A stretch of DNA of 64,000 bases from Chloroflexota bacterium. Lineage in GTDB: Bacteria > Chloroflexota > Dehalococcoidia > GIF9 > JBFMDU01. The stretch is from assembly GCA_040753815.1 (NCBI GenBank), contig JBFMDU010000020.1:300211-364210 (forward strand), given 5' to 3'. Below are positions 1 to 7,839 of this stretch, one piece after another; the stretch's first letter is position 1, and each line of letters opens with the position of its first letter. The notes beneath the pieces were generated by a model that saw nothing but the letters and a program-made list of their open reading frames with translations, made no database searches and was not told where the DNA came from. A program made the position numbers and the translations under genes.

Positions 1-1147
1 CCCGAAGGTCGTTGAGGCCATGCTCCCGTATTTCACCGAAAGGTTCGGGAACCCTTCGGCGGCTTACCGCCTGGGGCAGGAAGCCCAGGAGGCGGTGACC
101 CGGTCCCGGGCAATAGTAGCAGGTGTCCTGGGCTGTACTCCGAGAGATGTTGTGTTCACCAGCGGAGCCACCGAGGCCATCAACAATGCGCTTAAAGGGG
201 TGGCTTTTGCCGGGGGACCTGCCAGCGGCAACCATATTATTACCACCGCCATCGAGCATCATGCTGTTCTGGAGACCTGTCACTTTCTGGAGCGCTTCGG
301 GTTCGATGTGACAATCCTGCCGGTTGACCGTGATGGTCTGGTTGATCCAGGGGATGTCGGCAACGCTATTACCGACCGGACGATTCTGGTCAGCATTATG
401 CTCGCAAATAACGAGGTCGGGACTATCGAGCCTGTCGCTGAGATTAGCAGGGTCATCAAGGAGCGGTCACGGAGCCTGGGACACAGAGTCGTCTTTCATA
501 CTGATGCGGTGCAGGCGGCAGAATGGCTTGACCTGAATGTTGATACGCTTGGTGTTGACATGCTCAGTCTTTCCGCTCACAAGTTCTTTGGTCCCAAGGG
601 TGTGGGGATTCTGTATCAAAGACGGGGGGCGCCATTTCTGGCCCAGCAATGTGGTGGTGCTCAGGAGGAAGGCCGCCGGGCCGGGACAGAGAACGTAGCT
701 GGCATCGTTGGCCTGGGAGAGGCTCTCCGGCTGGCGTTGGAGCATCGTGACTCAGATGCCGCTCATTGCCGCAGGCTTCGCGACAGGTTCATCAGAGAGG
801 TTGAGTCGCGCATTCCGGATGTGGAACTTACCGGGCACCGGATAAAGCGTCTGCCGAATAGCGCCAGTTTCTGCTTCAAGTATGTCGATGGCGGAGCCAT
901 TTTGCTCCATCTGGACTTTCTTGGTATCGCCGCGTCCAGCGGGTCGGCGTGCACCACCGGTTCTACCGAGCCGTCTCACGTGCTGACCGGTATGGGCATT
1001 CCCGCCGAGGTTGCTCGGGGCAGTGTGCGTTTTTCGTTCGGGCCGGGGAATACCGATGATGATGTCGACTACGTGCTTTCAGTATTACCCGATATTATCA
1101 CACGTCTGAGGGCGATTTCACCTTTCGGACGGCCGGTCAGCAGGTAG
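1..1147 (+). CDS. iscS: Cysteine desulfurase (class V aminotransferase, IscS/NifS-like), 5'-truncated by the window edge
   Basis: The frame is open from nt 2 (PKVVEA-MLPYF...) and matches the IscS N-region. The family motif SAHKFxGPKG and the C-terminal SSGSACTTG active-site Cys loop are present. Confidence 0.85.
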   Translation, partial: PKVVEAMLPYFTERFGNPSAAYRLGQEAQEAVTRSRAIVAGVLGCTPRDVVFTSGATEAINNALKGVAFAGGPASGNHIITTAIEHHAVLETCHFLERFGFDVTILPVDRDGLVDPGDVGNAITDRTILVSIMLANNEVGTIEPVAEISRVIKERSRSLGHRVVFHTDAVQAAEWLDLNVDTLGVDMLSLSAHKFFGPKGVGILYQRRGAPFLAQQCGGAQEEGRRAGTENVAGIVGLGEALRLALEHRDSDAAHCRRLRDRFIREVESRIPDVELTGHRIKRLPNSASFCFKYVDGGAILLHLDFLGIAASSGSACTTGSTEPSHVLTGMGIPAEVARGSVRFSFGPGNTDDDVDYVLSVLPDIITRLRAISPFGRPVSR

Positions 1148-1169
1148 GCTGGCAGAAGGAGTAAAAGAA

Positions 1170-1589
1170 GTGAAACTATCAACGCGGGTACGGTATGGTA
1201 TGCGGGCGCTGGTGGACCTCTCGGCACACTATGGAGAACCACCGCAGTTGATCAGGGAGATAGCGCGCCGGCAGGGGATATCGCAGCATTACCTTGAGCA
1301 GATTATCATCGTGCTCAAGTCTGCCGGCCTGGTCAAGAGCATCCGTGGGGCCAAGGGGGGAATCATCCTGGCTAAAGCTCCTTCGCAGATAAAGCTGAGC
1401 GATGTTATGAAGGTTCTTGAGGGCAGTACGGCACCGGTTGAGTGTGTGGATGATGCCGGGGTGTGTATTCGGTCGCCGTACTGCGTCATGCGCGACGTGT
1501 GGTCTGAAATGAAGGATGCGATTAACGGCGTTCTTGAGGCCAGGACGCTTCAGGAGATGGTTGACCGTCAGGGTTACGGGGCTGACTAG
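1170..1589 (+). CDS. Rrf2-family transcriptional regulator (IscR-like)
   Basis: 139 aa. Typical Rrf2 N-terminus MKLSTRVRYGMRALVDLS and an HTH, with C-terminal Cys residues (CVDDAGVCIRSPYC) compatible with Fe-S ligation. It lies between iscS and the sulfur-insertion genes. Confidence 0.85.
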   Translation: MKLSTRVRYGMRALVDLSAHYGEPPQLIREIARRQGISQHYLEQIIIVLKSAGLVKSIRGAKGGIILAKAPSQIKLSDVMKVLEGSTAPVECVDDAGVCIRSPYCVMRDVWSEMKDAINGVLEARTLQEMVDRQGYGAD

Positions 1590-1625
1590 CCTTTTGGGAC
1601 TATCACGAATGCGAGGACTGAGATA

Positions 1626-2834
1626 ATGGCGAAGACGATTGCTGAAATTAACGAAAAGATACGCAAAGGGCAGGCAGTGGTGGTTACGGCGGAGGAGGTG
1701 CTCGACTATGCTAAAAAGAAGGGCACAGCCAGGGCTGCGCAGGATATCGATGTCGTCACCACCGGCACCTTCGGGCCGATGTGTTCTTCCGGTGCCTACT
1801 TTAATCTCGGCCACAGTAAGCCGAGGATGAAATTTGGCGGAGGCAGCGTCTATTTAAACGATGTCCCGGCGTATACTGGTCTGGCAGCGGTTGACATCTT
1901 TCTTGGGGCCACAGCCCTGCCGGACGCCGACCCTCGCAACCGGGCCAAGCCGGGTGAGTTTCCCTATGGCGGCGGGCACGTCATCGAGGAGCTTGTGGCT
2001 GGCAAGGACGTCCGGATGGTAGCCACCGGCTACGGGACCGACTGCTACCCGAAGCGTAAACTGGAGACATGGGTCAACATCAAAGATATGAATGAGGCGG
2101 TGCTTTTCAACCCGCGTAACGCCTATCAGAACTATAACGTCGCAGTTAACCTGTCCGATAAGACTATCTATACTTACATGGGTATTCTCAAACCCAGGGT
2201 CGGCAATGCCAACTACTCGACCTCCGGCCACCTTTCGCCGCTATTCAATGACCCTCTGTACAAAGTGATAGGCCTTGGTACCAGGATATTCCTCGGCGGC
2301 GGTACCGGATACGTCGCCTGGCAGGGTACCCAGCACAACCCGAACGTGCCGAGGACCAGTTTAGGGATTCCCAAGAGGGGCTCTGCCACCCTGGCTGTGA
2401 TTGGTGACCTTAAGAAGATGAGACCGCAGTGGCTGGTAGGGAGCAGTTTCTATGGCTACGGGGCGACATTGACCGTGGGCATCGGCGTGCCGATACCCAT
2501 TCTGTCCGAGGAAATCCTGCGCCAGGTGCTGATAACCGATGCTGACATCATTGCGCCGATTGTGGACTACTCCGAGGCTTATCCTAACCGGAAGCCGGAT
2601 GTCCTAGGTGAAGTAAGTTATGCCGAGCTCCGCAGTGGAGGCATCAAGTTCCAGGGGAAGGATGTTCCCACGGCTCCGTTGTCCAGCTATTACAAGGCGG
2701 TGGAAATCTGCAATATCTTGAAGGACTGGATTAAAAAGGGAACGTTCCTCCTCACCGACCCCGTGGCGCCGTTGCCCGGGCCGGATACAGGGATTGTCCT
2801 GCACGCTCTGGAAGAGCGGCCCATCCTTGACTGA
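1626..2834 (+). CDS. DUF39/COG1900-family homocysteine biosynthesis protein (L-aspartate-semialdehyde sulfurtransferase-like)
   Basis: 402 aa. The assignment rests mainly on the adjacent NIL-ferredoxin partner gene, the arrangement known from methanogens (MA1821/MA1822-type). No catalytic motifs were independently verified. Confidence 0.55.
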   Translation: MAKTIAEINEKIRKGQAVVVTAEEVLDYAKKKGTARAAQDIDVVTTGTFGPMCSSGAYFNLGHSKPRMKFGGGSVYLNDVPAYTGLAAVDIFLGATALPDADPRNRAKPGEFPYGGGHVIEELVAGKDVRMVATGYGTDCYPKRKLETWVNIKDMNEAVLFNPRNAYQNYNVAVNLSDKTIYTYMGILKPRVGNANYSTSGHLSPLFNDPLYKVIGLGTRIFLGGGTGYVAWQGTQHNPNVPRTSLGIPKRGSATLAVIGDLKKMRPQWLVGSSFYGYGATLTVGIGVPIPILSEEILRQVLITDADIIAPIVDYSEAYPNRKPDVLGEVSYAELRSGGIKFQGKDVPTAPLSSYYKAVEICNILKDWIKKGTFLLTDPVAPLPGPDTGIVLHALEERPILD

Positions 2835-2854
2835 ATTGAACTGAGGAGAGGTAG

Positions 2855-3274
2855 ATGGAAATGACTGCAAAGGGTAAGAGAATCGTACTGCATTTCCCGC
2901 GGCGGCTCATTGACGAGCCGATTGTGTACAAGCTGGTTAAGGACTTCAATCTCACCTTTAACATCCTTAAAGCCTCGGTGACGCCGGGCGAGGAAGGCCT
3001 CCTGGTCATGGAACTTGCCGGCGAGCCGCGAGACTATGACAAAGGCATCAAGTACCTCACCGATGTTGGTGTACGTATACAGTCGCTCAGCCAGGATGTG
3101 GTGCGCAACGAGACCAGGTGTACTCACTGCGGCGCCTGTGTAACGGTCTGTCCCACGGGCGCTTTTTCTTTCGACCCCAAAACGAAGCAGGTATTGTTTG
3201 ACCAGGGCAAATGCGTTGTCTGCGAGATGTGCGTCAGGGCCTGCCCGCCCAGGGCGATGGAGCTTTACTTCTAG
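2855..3274 (+). CDS. NIL-domain protein fused to a 2x[4Fe-4S] ferredoxin (MA1822-like partner of DUF39)
   Basis: 139 aa. NIL signature FNLTFNILKA, followed by CTHCGACVTVCP and CVVCEMCVRACP ferredoxin motifs. Confidence 0.75.
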   Translation: MEMTAKGKRIVLHFPRRLIDEPIVYKLVKDFNLTFNILKASVTPGEEGLLVMELAGEPRDYDKGIKYLTDVGVRIQSLSQDVVRNETRCTHCGACVTVCPTGAFSFDPKTKQVLFDQGKCVVCEMCVRACPPRAMELYF

Positions 3275-3289
3275 CCGGCGCGGCTTCTG

Positions 3290-4024
3290 ATGAAAACCGA
3301 AGCTTACCAGCCGCGTTTTTATCGTGACTGGGTCCGCGATACCGACCTCGTATCCTTCAATGTCGTGGTCAAGGAGACCGACCTCCGGATACGGGCGCGG
3401 CGCAATCTGCGGAGCAAGGCCCAGAGGTCCGTTATCAAGCACCGCGAGCCGCTGGAGAAATACATTGCCGGACATCCGGTCTTTCTCACAACTCTTGAAC
3501 CGTACCTGGTTGGTGTAGGCACACCGGCGATAGTGCGCCGGATGGCACGGGCCGCGACAACCGTCGGCGTCGGTCCGATGGCGGCCGTCGCCGGCGCTAT
3601 CGCCGAGGAGGTCGGTAAGGACCTGCTCGAGTTTTCGCCTGAGGTAATCGTCGAGAACGGCGGCGATATTTTCATGAAGGTAGCGAAGGATAGGCTGGTC
3701 GGGGTGTACGCCGGCGATTCCCCGTTCACCGGTAAAATAGCAGTGCGCATCCGCGCCGAGGATACGCCGATTGGAGTGGCGACTTCATCGGGGACGGTGG
3801 GGCATTCCCTGAGCTTCGGCAAAGCTGATGCGGCCATGGTGTTGGCGGCGTCAGCCTATCTTGCCGATGCCGCGGCCACGGCGCTGGGCAACCGGGTGAG
3901 GTCCGGGGTGGAGATCGGCATTGCCATTAAGTGGGCACAAAGCATCCCGGGTTTGCTCGGTGTCCTGGTCATCAAGGGTGGTGAGATGGGGATGTGGGGC
4001 AAGGTAGAACTGGTGCGGCTTTAG
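3290..4024 (+). CDS. UPF0280/COG2122 ApbE-superfamily protein, commonly linked to DUF39 clusters
   Basis: 244 aa, Ala/Gly-rich alpha/beta fold with no transmembrane segment. Genomic association only. A hairpin follows at about 4037-4061. Confidence 0.45.
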   Translation: MKTEAYQPRFYRDWVRDTDLVSFNVVVKETDLRIRARRNLRSKAQRSVIKHREPLEKYIAGHPVFLTTLEPYLVGVGTPAIVRRMARAATTVGVGPMAAVAGAIAEEVGKDLLEFSPEVIVENGGDIFMKVAKDRLVGVYAGDSPFTGKIAVRIRAEDTPIGVATSSGTVGHSLSFGKADAAMVLAASAYLADAAATALGNRVRSGVEIGIAIKWAQSIPGLLGVLVIKGGEMGMWGKVELVRL

Positions 4025-4138
4025 GTCCCCCGTGTCATTCCGCAAGCCGACCCTGCGGAATCGTCCTCTCTGCGTCATTTCAGGGCCTTCTTTCTGATGC
4101 CGAGAGGCCTGGGGGTGCTGTCTCTATTTTGAGGTATA

Positions 4139-6388
4139 ATGCAATCAAGTTATGAAGTGTTTCGGACAATCAACCGGAGAGACACTGAAGACGCATCTGG
4201 AGTAAACCTTATTTTAAAGAGTAACAGCATATCTGACCAATTGAGGGAACTACGGGAGACAGCGCGTCTGAGCCAATCTGAGCTAGCCCAGTTACTCGGC
4301 ACTTCTACTGTTGGTATTGACCGATTAGAACGCGGATGTCAAACGCCCTCTCCACCTCAGGTTGAAGAAATAGCATCCCTCATAGTCCGAAGCAGGCAAG
4401 GCTTGCCGTTGCATAAATTGAGTCATGTTTTACAGAACGGTACGTTTGCCTCTCGCGGTTCTACTCGTCGCGCACTTCGCACATCTCAGCCTGACCTCTT
4501 CTCACCCACGCAACAAGTAACCATGAGCGCAGCTTCACTGGCACCGATTCTAACCAGGGTAAAGATTGGCAAGTTTTTTGGAGATGGAAAGCGGACTATT
4601 CATGACCTTATTTGTACACATGAACAGCCTGCCGCAACAATTCCCCATGCCTCAACTGGTGGGACATCAGCTGGGAAAAATACCTATACGTACGATGCAC
4701 ATACCTATCACACAAAAGTTCCACCTCAGGGTATCACAGAGTTCATCCGTCACTATTTGCCCGAAGGTGGCTTGGTGCTTGACCCCTTTGCTGGAAGTGG
4801 CATGACCGGTGTCGCAGCGATAGTCACAGGCTCTGATGTAATATTGAATGAGTTATCTCCGGCTGCATGTTTCATTTCCCACAACTTTACAGAATCCGTT
4901 TCCTCCTCTCAATTCGCGGCAGCAACAAAGGCTGTTCTTTCCTCTCTCGATCCTCTTAGAAAGGACTTATATACGACAATTTGTCGTGAGTGCGGCAAAG
5001 AAACAGAGATCCTGTATACGGTGTGGTCATATTACGTTTTGTGTCCATTTTGTAGGACTGCTTTTCGCCTTTGGGACCACTGCCGGAAATATGGACAGAC
5101 GGTCAGGGAGCACAAGATACTCTCAGAATTTCCTTGCCCGAGCTGTGGTAGAACTTTGAAGAAAGGTTCACTAGTGCGAACCAAAGCAGAGCCAGTGATG
5201 CTCGGTTATAAATGCTGTAGTAGAATCCAGGTTGAGCACCCCCTGACAAGTACGGACCTCGAACTAGTCAATCGTATCGAGTCTGCCCCGCAATTGGCGG
5301 AGGGATATTTCCCGCATACTTCCTTGCCGAATGGAGTCAATCTCAGTCAACCGAAACATCACGGACTTACCACTATTGACCGCTTTTATACTAGCAGGAA
5401 TCTTTCGGCAATGAGCAACCTCTGGCGTGAGATACATCGGCTTGAGGACACTCGACTGGCGTCACTCGTTGCATTTGTCTTTACATCCTTATATCAACGA
5501 GTAACCAGGTTGTCTGAGTTCAGATTCTGGGGTGGCAGTGGTAATACCGCTCGCTTTAATGTTCCTTTCATATTCAATGAAGCTAATGTCTTTGTCACAT
5601 TTGAAAGAAAAGCGGCCAGTATTTTGGACCATCTAGAGACCACTGCAGCGGGCTACACAGGAAGAAAAGCCGTTGTTTGCAACTCAGCTACGGATTTAAA
5701 TTATTTGCCAGACGAGTCGATTGACTTTATTTTCACTGACCCGCCTTTCGGAGCGAATATCAACTATTCTGATATGAATTTTCTATGGGAAGCTTGGCTG
5801 GGCGAATTTACCGACCAGACGAACGAGGCAATCATTAATCGTGTTCAGGGTAAAGGGCTCGATGAGTACGAGAATTTGATGACTCGCAGTCTGAAAGAGT
5901 GCTTTCGCGTGTTAAGGGCAGGTCATTGGATGCTACTGGTGTTTATGAATTCATCAAGCAAAGTATGGGACAGCATTAGGGCATCTGTTGAACGCGCGGG
6001 CTTTGTTGCAGAGAGAATTGATATTTTCGATAAGCAGCATGGAACGTTCAAGCAATTTGTAAGTGAAAATACCGCTGGTTGTGATTTAGTACTACATTGT
6101 CTTAAGCCTACCACCTATAGGGAAACAGTCCAAGCCGATGAAGCTTTAACGGTTAGTGATTCTATAAGCAAATTCATAATCAAGCGTTCCGCCGATATTC
6201 CATTCACTAATTATCTTCACGTAACACGCGAAAGTGAACCTGATTTTCGCATGCTTTACAGCGAATGGGTGGCATTCGGCTTATTGCATGGGTATGAACT
6301 AGCTGATTTTACGACGTTCCGTGTGGTTGCGGCCGGCATTTTGGATTCAATGATAAAAGGGCAGAATTATGAAACAAAAAAATCATAG
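4139..6388 (+). CDS. HTH(XRE)-fused DNA methyltransferase, N6-adenine/N4-cytosine family, with permuted (alpha-like) motif order and a Cys-rich zinc-ribbon insert
   Basis: N-terminus: HTH LRETARLSQSELAQLLGTSTVGIDRLERG. Residues about 195-225: YHTKVPPQ plus LVLDPFAGSGMTGVAA (motif X/I of the N6_N4 MTase family). Residues about 270-340: several CxxC pairs (CRECG, CPFC, CPSCG, CC). Residue about 535: IFTDPPFGAN (motif IV). The region is low in GC compared with its neighbours. Confidence 0.7.
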   Translation: MQSSYEVFRTINRRDTEDASGVNLILKSNSISDQLRELRETARLSQSELAQLLGTSTVGIDRLERGCQTPSPPQVEEIASLIVRSRQGLPLHKLSHVLQNGTFASRGSTRRALRTSQPDLFSPTQQVTMSAASLAPILTRVKIGKFFGDGKRTIHDLICTHEQPAATIPHASTGGTSAGKNTYTYDAHTYHTKVPPQGITEFIRHYLPEGGLVLDPFAGSGMTGVAAIVTGSDVILNELSPAACFISHNFTESVSSSQFAAATKAVLSSLDPLRKDLYTTICRECGKETEILYTVWSYYVLCPFCRTAFRLWDHCRKYGQTVREHKILSEFPCPSCGRTLKKGSLVRTKAEPVMLGYKCCSRIQVEHPLTSTDLELVNRIESAPQLAEGYFPHTSLPNGVNLSQPKHHGLTTIDRFYTSRNLSAMSNLWREIHRLEDTRLASLVAFVFTSLYQRVTRLSEFRFWGGSGNTARFNVPFIFNEANVFVTFERKAASILDHLETTAAGYTGRKAVVCNSATDLNYLPDESIDFIFTDPPFGANINYSDMNFLWEAWLGEFTDQTNEAIINRVQGKGLDEYENLMTRSLKECFRVLRAGHWMLLVFMNSSSKVWDSIRASVERAGFVAERIDIFDKQHGTFKQFVSENTAGCDLVLHCLKPTTYRETVQADEALTVSDSISKFIIKRSADIPFTNYLHVTRESEPDFRMLYSEWVAFGLLHGYELADFTTFRVVAAGILDSMIKGQNYETKKS

Positions 6389-7364
6389 CGCTACATTGAA
6401 AGCCTTCTCTGTTGATGAAGTTAAAAAGGCCAAGTTACGTCTTGCTACTCAAGTGGCGAATATGATGGGCCGCAAACTTGAAGAAGACGATTGGAACAAG
6501 GTCTATTGTGCGGCAAAGGGCATTCCGCATAAAGGATGGAGCAACCTCAACATTGACGTTAGTTGCGGAGGGCTTGGAGTAGAACAAAAGCTACTAAGAG
6601 TTAGCGGGTTAAATGGTCGCCCTATAGAGTCTGTCTGTGGAACAACAATGATGCATCCAGCTGCAACCCGTTCAATTCGAATTGACAACGTAGATAGACC
6701 CGCAAACGAAGTTATGCGTGATGTTTTTCAGCAATACGCAGAACTGATTGAATTGAGGCGCCAGAAAGTTCGAGAGGAGAGCCCTGACACAGAGCCTGAT
6801 ATGCGCACTGGCTGGCTACTTTGGGAAGATACACTTACCGAATTTCTGTATTTTGAACAGCGATTAGAAGCTCCAGACCCAGATGATTATTATGCCGAAT
6901 GGAATGAGACAGTCCCTAGAGGAGCAAGGAAAAGAAGTAAAAGCCTTTGGATTTTTAACCGCACAACGAACCTAAAAAGATTTTCAGTTACAACCAGTGC
7001 CGGCATCAAGATACAACCCTATTTTGATGTTCCATCTCCGTCCGACCCTAATTTGTATTATTTCCGAGTCCAAAGTGAGCCAATAGGTGAAGACAGCGTT
7101 CAAATCTGGGTTTCCGCCTCAACGGCGCGAGCAATTCGACATATTCTAGGTAACTTGGATAAGGCTGGGGTCAGTAAGGCAGTTATGGAAGCTGCGAGGG
7201 TAGCAGCGGCGACAGAAACGAGACCTCGGGGTGGAGCTGAGTTGGCTCAGCCTATCCGTTTGACCCGCGATGCATTCGATGTATTCCATTCGACGTGGGA
7301 CGGTGTCAGTGATGAGCACCGGGCACAACTATTCCTCGAATCGCTCCACAGCATGAAAAAGTAA
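6369..7364 (+). CDS. Hypothetical protein translationally coupled to the methyltransferase; candidate PD-(D/E)xK restriction endonuclease
   Basis: 331 aa. Its start overlaps the MTase stop by 20 nt in a different frame. Possible nuclease core NIDVSCGGLGVEQK (D-x9-E-Q-K). Low GC. No other recognisable domain. Confidence 0.4.
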   Translation: MKQKNHSATLKAFSVDEVKKAKLRLATQVANMMGRKLEEDDWNKVYCAAKGIPHKGWSNLNIDVSCGGLGVEQKLLRVSGLNGRPIESVCGTTMMHPAATRSIRIDNVDRPANEVMRDVFQQYAELIELRRQKVREESPDTEPDMRTGWLLWEDTLTEFLYFEQRLEAPDPDDYYAEWNETVPRGARKRSKSLWIFNRTTNLKRFSVTTSAGIKIQPYFDVPSPSDPNLYYFRVQSEPIGEDSVQIWVSASTARAIRHILGNLDKAGVSKAVMEAARVAAATETRPRGGAELAQPIRLTRDAFDVFHSTWDGVSDEHRAQLFLESLHSMKK

Positions 7365-7625
7365 GAGATTTGGTTAATTAGTTAGGAGACAAAATGGCCA
7401 CCGTTGTTGGCCACATGAGATACGCGTCTCGTCTCTGTCATGCCTCTCGCGGTTTTATCTTATTTATGCTTCGGTAAGGTGAACCTTAGCCTCAATGAAT
7501 GTTCATCGCGCTAAGGGACATTGTCAAAAACTGAGTATGGCCGAATACAAAATCCCTGAGATTCGTTTTTGGTGGTACTGACACCTTAATGCGGATAACG
7601 CCGCTGGATGGATGAATATCCGCAA

Positions 7626-7654
7626 TTGAAAGAGTAGCCGCAATCACCTATAAT
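7626..7654 (+). promoter_or_regulatory. Sigma70-like promoter for the tRNA pair (-35 TTGAAA, 17-nt spacer, -10 TATAAT)
   Basis: TTGAAA at 7626-7631 and TATAAT at 7649-7654. The tRNA 5' end lies 15 nt downstream of the -10 element. Confidence 0.55.
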
Positions 7655-7668
7655 TCTGCCTCGCTCGT

Positions 7669-7746
7669 GGTGGGCGTAGCCCAGTGGTTTAAGGCGCCAG
7701 GTTGTGGCCCTGGAGACCGAGGGTTCGAATCCCTCCGTCCACCCCA
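7669..7746 (+). tRNA. tRNA-His (anticodon GTG) with encoded G-1 and encoded CCA
   Basis: Acceptor stem GTGGGCG/CGTCCAC (one G-U pair). The preceding G pairs with discriminator C73. Anticodon stem CCAGG/CCTGG with loop TTGTGGC. T-arm GAGGG-TTCGAAT-CCCTC. The 3' end is CCA. Confidence 0.8.
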
Positions 7747-7761
7747 CCCCTTATCTCCCAC

Positions 7762-7838
7762 GCGCCTGTAGCTCAGCGGACCAGAGCATCGGTCTTCGGA
7801 ACCGGGGGTCGTGGGTTCGAATCCCTCCAGGCGCGCCA
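7762..7838 (+). tRNA. tRNA-Arg (anticodon TCG) with encoded CCA
   Basis: Acceptor stem GCGCCTG/CAGGCGC. D-stem GCTC/GAGC. Anticodon stem TCGGT/ACCGG with loop CTTCGGA. T-arm GTGGG-TTCGAAT-CCCTC. Discriminator G followed by CCA. Confidence 0.8.
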
Positions 7839-7839
7839 G

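Noticed and set aside
1179-1814. A 211-aa minus-strand ORF overlapping the Rrf2 gene. Other similar long antisense ORFs occur at 2690-3475, 3319-3837, 8530-9192, 10641-11255, 11008-11628, 11738-12370, 13775-14476, 15578-16258, 26744-27373 and 50496-51557.
   Set aside because: Each is fully embedded in the opposite strand of a gene that has clear family motifs. All have Arg/Ala/Pro-rich, low-complexity translations typical of high-GC shadow frames, and none has a ribosome-binding site or homology.
4566-5159. 79-aa and 103-aa ORFs in alternative frames inside the methyltransferase gene
   Set aside because: They are nested in-strand, out of frame within a continuous 749-aa ORF that carries conserved motifs. 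They have no ribosome-binding site.
4030-7665. Island as a tRNA-integrated mobile element with an integrase
   Set aside because: No integrase, recombinase or transposase ORF is present. The island lies 5' of the tRNAs rather than at the usual 3' attachment site. It is kept only as a compositionally distinct insert.
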